Source: Candidatus Poribacteria bacterium
GTDB lineage: Bacteria; Poribacteria; WGA-4E; PCPOR2b
Assembly: GCA_965223985.1 (NCBI GenBank)
Contig: OZ245030.1
Span: 2,240,082 to 2,304,081, forward strand
Length of the DNA: 64,000 nt
Direction: 5' to 3'
Numbering within the stretch: the stretch's first letter is position 1; each line of letters starts with the position of its first letter. The position numbers and the translations under genes were made by a program. Under the pieces are notes generated by a model. It was not told the DNA's origin and searched no databases. It was given only the letters and a program-made list of their open reading frames with translations. Below are positions 59,232 through 64,000 of this stretch, in pieces.

Positions 59232-60131
59232 TCAATCCGATGCGCCGAATAAATTGGATTCGTGAATCTGCGTTCTCAGTGTGTTGAGGAATTTGCTTTC
59301 TTGTAGTCGATTAAAGGTTTTCGCGGATTGTACACCGCTATAAATGTTACGCAGGTGAAGAGAAAACCCAATCGCAGCCAATGGAATTGCAACCCTGTAG
59401 CGCTCCTCATCAATATAATATATAGTTCCACTAACTACCGCACCAACGGCTAACAGCGCGCGCAATCCATCAGAAAAACGGCTGCTATATGTCTGTCCAA
59501 GCCCCGGAACCAACGTTGAGAGCAGTCCGGCCAACACCGGAGAACGGTTGGGCAGAGATTCACCATGCTGAACAATTCGTGAAAGCGGATTGCTCATCGC
59601 TCCGAAAGGCACTTGGGCGTATCTGATACTGCCCTGTTTCCATTCCCGTGCTGCACTTGACCAGTCCCTATTTTCCATGTGAATCATGCCAATAATAAAT
59701 TGTGCACGGGGAGCTGACTCGCTATCTGGAGAATCTGACAAAAGCTGCCGCAATGACGAGATAGCAGTGGTTTTCTTACCCTGCAGCAGTTGGCATTGTG
59801 CAATATTAGATCTTGCCCTCTCGGTCAACGGTCCCCTCGGATAGGTGACAGTCAACTTCTGGTAAGATTCTATTGCGGCTTGCAGTTGGTTGGCGTTTTG
59901 ATAAGCTGCAGCGATGCGAAATTGAACGAGATTGTTTTTATCGCCTATCGGGTAGAGAAAGAGATAGCGCTGATATTCATGAACGGCATTGGGATAATCT
60001 CCTTCTTGAAAAAGTGAATTGGCAAAGGCGAGTAGATTCTCTGCATCAAAGTGGGAATATGCTGGAGGAGAAACAAATGGCAGGAGACAGAAAGAACAGA
60101 CCCAAGAGAACTCAAGAAAGGACGATTTCAT
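59232..60131 (-). CDS. Secreted/membrane TPR protein (paralog of 58164)
   Basis: TPR helices, LSTLVPGLGQTY segment. Confidence 0.75.
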   Translation of the reverse strand: MKSSFLEFSWVCSFCLLPFVSPPAYSHFDAENLLAFANSLFQEGDYPNAVHEYQRYLFLYPIGDKNNLVQFRIAAAYQNANQLQAAIESYQKLTVTYPRGPLTERARSNIAQCQLLQGKKTTAISSLRQLLSDSPDSESAPRAQFIIGMIHMENRDWSSAAREWKQGSIRYAQVPFGAMSNPLSRIVQHGESLPNRSPVLAGLLSTLVPGLGQTYSSRFSDGLRALLAVGAVVSGTIYYIDEERYRVAIPLAAIGFSLHLRNIYSGVQSAKTFNRLQESKFLNTLRTQIHESNLFGASD

Positions 60132-60192
60132 TTCAGTGTGAAGCGTGATGAGTGAGAAGGGACATTAGGGCTCAACAAGCAGTTTCCAATAA

Positions 60193-60681
60193 TTAACCTG
60201 CTTGTTTTTCAATAACCTCTTTGCCGAAATTAAAAACCTGATGGGCAACATCTAAAAGCGTCGGTGAAAATCGGGAGGACACAATAGCTTCTTGAAACGC
60301 CTTTCCACCATAGCGATTGAGCAATATCAGTGCCAATCCAATTAAAATGCCGCTGATAGCAACTCCAAACAGCCCCCCGACAACGTTGTCTAGCCAGCCT
60401 AAAACGCCTCGACGCATAATTTTCTGAATCTGCTCAAAAACCTTGTCTATCGCTACACTCACTCCGCCTGCAATAGCGACGACACTCACCCATTTCGCGA
60501 CACCTTCGTGCTTAATTACGCCCTGCAAGATCAAGGCAAGCTCTCTCCATAGTTGACTCGCAACAAACACTCCTACGGAGATGGCCGTAATCCCCCAAAC
60601 GCTGCGGGTAAAGCCAACTCGAAAACAATTCAAGCCTCCCAAACCGACAAGGACTAAAATAACGATATCAAGCGTTTCCAT
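60193..60681 (-). CDS. cvpA: CvpA family membrane protein
   Basis: LDIVIL, GF, LGWLDNVVGGLFG. Confidence 0.75.
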   Translation of the reverse strand: METLDIVILVLVGLGGLNCFRVGFTRSVWGITAISVGVFVASQLWRELALILQGVIKHEGVAKWVSVVAIAGGVSVAIDKVFEQIQKIMRRGVLGWLDNVVGGLFGVAISGILIGLALILLNRYGGKAFQEAIVSSRFSPTLLDVAHQVFNFGKEVIEKQAG

Positions 60682-61782
60682 TTATACAAATGGATTCTCT
60701 CTTCGAGGGTTACTCTGAGTTTCACGCCTTGTCCCGTCGTTGTCCAGTTGCCACGAGGTTACAATTTCATCCGGCATTTTCCCCAAAGTTTCCTGAATTG
60801 CGATGTCTGACGATTTTCGTTTTCCGATTCGATTGAGAAGTTCACGGATGAGGGAGATTCCAAACTGTTTTATCAAATATTCCACTATCGCGCTTGACTG
60901 AAGATATGCTAATCGGCGTTGCTCCGAATCTAGCTGGTGGAATGGACTTCTCAACACATCCATTGTCAAAAGTGTCTGGTTTCGTCTTGCGTTTAGCAGG
61001 TATTCGTGCTCAAAATTCATAAGAGGACGAGCAATAGTTTGAGCAAGACCCTCATCAAGCCACCTTGGGCACTGTCCTTTTGCTAGTAAATCAACGGTCA
61101 GATGAACCCATTCGTGGCAAATCAGCGTTGATAAAATCCCGAAACCAGTGTTTCCAGGACGGTAGATGAGTTGAATGCCGCCATTATATCGAGCTGCAGC
61201 CCAAGCAGGAAGTGTGCAATTGAGAGCAGAATAGGATGGTAGACTTGTGTCTTCGATAGAAACGGGGATTGGGTAGTGGGGATAACACTGAAACATTTCG
61301 CCAACCTCATGGTAAATCCGTTCAACTAGTTGGCATAAGACTGAAACGGTTCTTTGGGTGGTAGTATTAGGACAAGTGAGGGTGAAGCAGGAGTGTTCGA
61401 TTGCGGTGATTGTACCTGTTGAAGATTCGCCTTCAGGGTTATCACATCCCATCTGGTGATACTGGAATGGGGGTTCATGATTTAAGTCTAGTTGATTTTG
61501 TCGCGCTGCATATACCTCTTGCTCTTCAAGGATTCGCTGCTTCCGTCGTAGGGCTGGCGGATATCCCGGTTGTAGTCGCAAGGCAGTTTCTAGTGATTTA
61601 AGCGCACGATCCCAGCAGCCCAGCATTTCATACGCTTTTGCAAGGTCTGCGTGTATTTCGGCACGCGTCGCGTCAATTCTTAAGCCTGCAAGGTAATGGT
61701 GAACTGCCTGAACGTAAATCGCTTTTTGGTAATACTTTGCGGCACGGTTGAAATGAGCTAATGCACGATGTCTATGATTCAT
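60682..61782 (-). CDS. TPR + peptidase MA-like metalloprotease
   Basis: N-terminal TPRs; HEWVH (HExxH) and PRWLDEGLA. Confidence 0.8.
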   Translation of the reverse strand: MNHRHRALAHFNRAAKYYQKAIYVQAVHHYLAGLRIDATRAEIHADLAKAYEMLGCWDRALKSLETALRLQPGYPPALRRKQRILEEQEVYAARQNQLDLNHEPPFQYHQMGCDNPEGESSTGTITAIEHSCFTLTCPNTTTQRTVSVLCQLVERIYHEVGEMFQCYPHYPIPVSIEDTSLPSYSALNCTLPAWAAARYNGGIQLIYRPGNTGFGILSTLICHEWVHLTVDLLAKGQCPRWLDEGLAQTIARPLMNFEHEYLLNARRNQTLLTMDVLRSPFHQLDSEQRRLAYLQSSAIVEYLIKQFGISLIRELLNRIGKRKSSDIAIQETLGKMPDEIVTSWQLDNDGTRRETQSNPRRENPFV

Positions 61783-61881
61783 GCTGGTGTGTCGAATTGG
61801 CGTTATATATTTTTCTAGATTATTTCTCCAGCGGCATGCCTAAACCGACCATCACCGTCTCTTTCGTTGGGCGGAGAAAAC

Positions 61882-63006
61882 TCAAACAGAAACCGATGAA
61901 GCATGTTCTATATCAATGACATCACAAATGACACTGCCAAGTTGAACGGTTGTGCCCTTTTTGAGCACGGTCGGTTTTTCTATGCGAACTCCATCCACAT
62001 AGACCCCGTTTGTACTGTCGAGATCTGTAAGATATATTTCTCCATTTTTCAACTCGAATCTCGCATGCAGGCGCGAAAGGGTTCCGGCTGAATCAGAGAA
62101 TCGGAGACACGCAGCCCTTCCACGTCCAACTGTGATCTCTTTGATATAGACAGTGTAAACCTGTCCAACATCTTCACCTTCGATTTCCGTCAAAGAAAGA
62201 CGGAGAGTGCTTTCCTCCAGCCGAATTTCGGAGACTTCAAGCAATTGCTCAACAATTGCAATCGTAGATGCAACCTGAAGCCGAGTCGGTTCAGAGATTC
62301 GCACGCCATTGACGTAGGTTCCGTTACCACTGCCAAGATCGGTAATGTAAATATTATCGCCATAGGCTGTGAGCAACGCATGTCGCCGTGAAGCCGCTGC
62401 ATTCGTCTTTAACTGAATCGTTGCCTCAACACTACGTCCGATGATTATCTCTTTGAACGCGATTTTATACTCCTGTTCCAACCCATCGCTTTGGGTTGTC
62501 CTTACTTTCAGATTGCAACTACCTTCCACCGGTGCAAGCGTTACTCCTTCAGGTTCACCCTCTCTTTCGATAATTACCGTCTCAGCAAACGGATCAACTT
62601 GTTCTGGAGGCGGCGGATGGTAGTCAACACTCGGTGGATTAGCCAGCTCACTATCGCTTCCTACTGGATCGATACTGTATGCAGGTTGCCATTCGATTCC
62701 TTCCGCTTCAGAGGAAAGATTTTCAGTTTCTCTGCGACCAATTCGCCGCATTACCTCGTCGGCGATTCGTTGTTTTGCGCCAAGACGGGGTATAACACTT
62801 TCTGTTTCACGGAAGCGGTGGTGGGCAAAATCGATAAGTGGCTTCAAATTCCCGAACGTCGTATCTTCTCGACTCAATTTAAGCAATCGTTTTTGCCTGC
62901 GTGAGAGCTTCTCTCCTTTGAGCCAACGGGTGTAAACCTCTAACATCTCTGCGTTCTCAACCTCATCACTGCTGTAATTCGGTCTTGACTTTTTCCAAAG
63001 GTTCAT
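61882..63006 (-). CDS. Double-FHA domain protein with N-terminal putative anti-sigma region
   Basis: Two GR...SRxH...DxxSxNG motifs; no transmembrane segment; starts 19 nt downstream of the ECF sigma gene. Confidence 0.8.
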   Translation of the reverse strand: MNLWKKSRPNYSSDEVENAEMLEVYTRWLKGEKLSRRQKRLLKLSREDTTFGNLKPLIDFAHHRFRETESVIPRLGAKQRIADEVMRRIGRRETENLSSEAEGIEWQPAYSIDPVGSDSELANPPSVDYHPPPPEQVDPFAETVIIEREGEPEGVTLAPVEGSCNLKVRTTQSDGLEQEYKIAFKEIIIGRSVEATIQLKTNAAASRRHALLTAYGDNIYITDLGSGNGTYVNGVRISEPTRLQVASTIAIVEQLLEVSEIRLEESTLRLSLTEIEGEDVGQVYTVYIKEITVGRGRAACLRFSDSAGTLSRLHARFELKNGEIYLTDLDSTNGVYVDGVRIEKPTVLKKGTTVQLGSVICDVIDIEHASSVSV

Positions 63007-63025
63007 GACTAAAGCCCCTCCAAGT

Positions 63026-63634
63026 TTAGTATAGCCAATGCATCCCTTTTCTGATTAGGATTTGTTTCAACTCTTGTGCACAACGAAAGATCCAAATCTT
63101 AACTGTACCTTCTTTTCGTTGAAGCGTTTGCGAAATCTCAGCGATACTACACCCCTCAAGATGACGTAAAATCCAAGCAGTTCGATGATTCGGCTTAGTC
63201 ACCTGGTAAAGCGCTTGTTCAAGAATCTCCTGAGCTTCTTGGGATTCAATCTGTCTGTCAGGTGTCGGTCTGCTGTCCTCGTACTCACTTGGCATGTCAC
63301 CTTCAGCCTCTACATTCAATAGCGATTCTCGAATTCTTTCTTTCTTGCGTATTGCATCAATAATCGTGTTCTTTGCTACAACATTCAACCATGCTTGAAA
63401 ACTCCCCTGATCGGTATCCCACTTATTGATTTTCTGCCACATTTTGAAAAAGATATCCGTGCACACTTCTTCTGTGTCCTGATGGTTTTGAAGCATACGG
63501 TACGTCTTGCTATAAACCCAGTTATAGTGCTTGTCATACAACAAGCGGAAAGCCGACTCATCCCCTGCCTTCGTGAGTGTGGCCAAATGGGTATCTTCTT
63601 GATCCGAAGGGTCATCCGTAATTTGGCGCGCCAA
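63026..63634 (-). CDS. ECF RNA polymerase sigma factor
   Basis: GDESAFRLLY, DTEEV, SFQAWL..VAKN..ID, EG.S..EI...L....GTVK; TTG start after GGAGG. Confidence 0.9.
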   Translation of the reverse strand: MARQITDDPSDQEDTHLATLTKAGDESAFRLLYDKHYNWVYSKTYRMLQNHQDTEEVCTDIFFKMWQKINKWDTDQGSFQAWLNVVAKNTIIDAIRKKERIRESLLNVEAEGDMPSEYEDSRPTPDRQIESQEAQEILEQALYQVTKPNHRTAWILRHLEGCSIAEISQTLQRKEGTVKIWIFRCAQELKQILIRKGMHWLY

Positions 63635-64000
63635 AATGGGTGTCCTCCATATCGTTTTCAAGCATGTGCTAACCAATGGTTATACTACCCATCCCAACGC
63701 TTTTGGGGAAAATCCGTTTCAGGAAATTAATCTCTTCGAGGCAAGCAATGAACAAATGACAAAAAATTGATAAGTCACTCCTAGAGGGTTCCTCTCTGGA
63801 ATTACACATTCATCCTAAAACTGCATCAACCTTATTGACGGCTGCTGCTATCAATCTCGCATGTGTGCTGTGCGTGTTGACATTGAATCCGAACCGTAAG
63901 GCTCTACTAAGGATTGAAAGGGTTTGTGGGCACATATCCCACGAATACTCAACATTTCCTTTGTATCGCGGGTCTTTCCATGGATACCCTGATGGGTGCG

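Overview
Bacterial chromosomal window, about 50% GC by eye, most likely Candidatus Poribacteria. This is inferred from three LamG proteins ending in a V-x-P/A-x-G-K/R-x-x-(S/T)-T-W-x-x-x-K tail, four PhyH-type Fe/2OG dioxygenases, a DUF1549/DUF1553+DUF1501 pair and an FGE-family protein. Most of the window is metabolic or housekeeping (GH116-like hydrolase, AKR, fumC, tkt, nadB, bfr, Fe3+ ABC transporter, transaldolase-like protein, SDRs, hisA, polyprenyl synthase, TPR/CvpA, ECF sigma). An accessory island at about 20.9-33.2 kb is cut into modules by large GTAG-type REP/REPIN-like palindromes. It carries an S49/SDH protease, a frameshifted IS701, a lipoprotein, an IS1595 remnant, a split MTase-Mrr gene, a HEPN-motif protein, an array of mini-ORFs with shared leader repeats, and an orphan phage large terminase behind a consensus promoter and a structured leader RNA. 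The best candidate for an undescribed regulatory system is a perfect sigma70 promoter with a Fur box that fires antisense through bacterioferritin towards the Fe3+ ABC operon (excludon-like iron switch), right next to a stand-alone dsRBD gene. All calls come from motif reading by eye; no database searches were run. No tRNA, rRNA or CRISPR array was seen.
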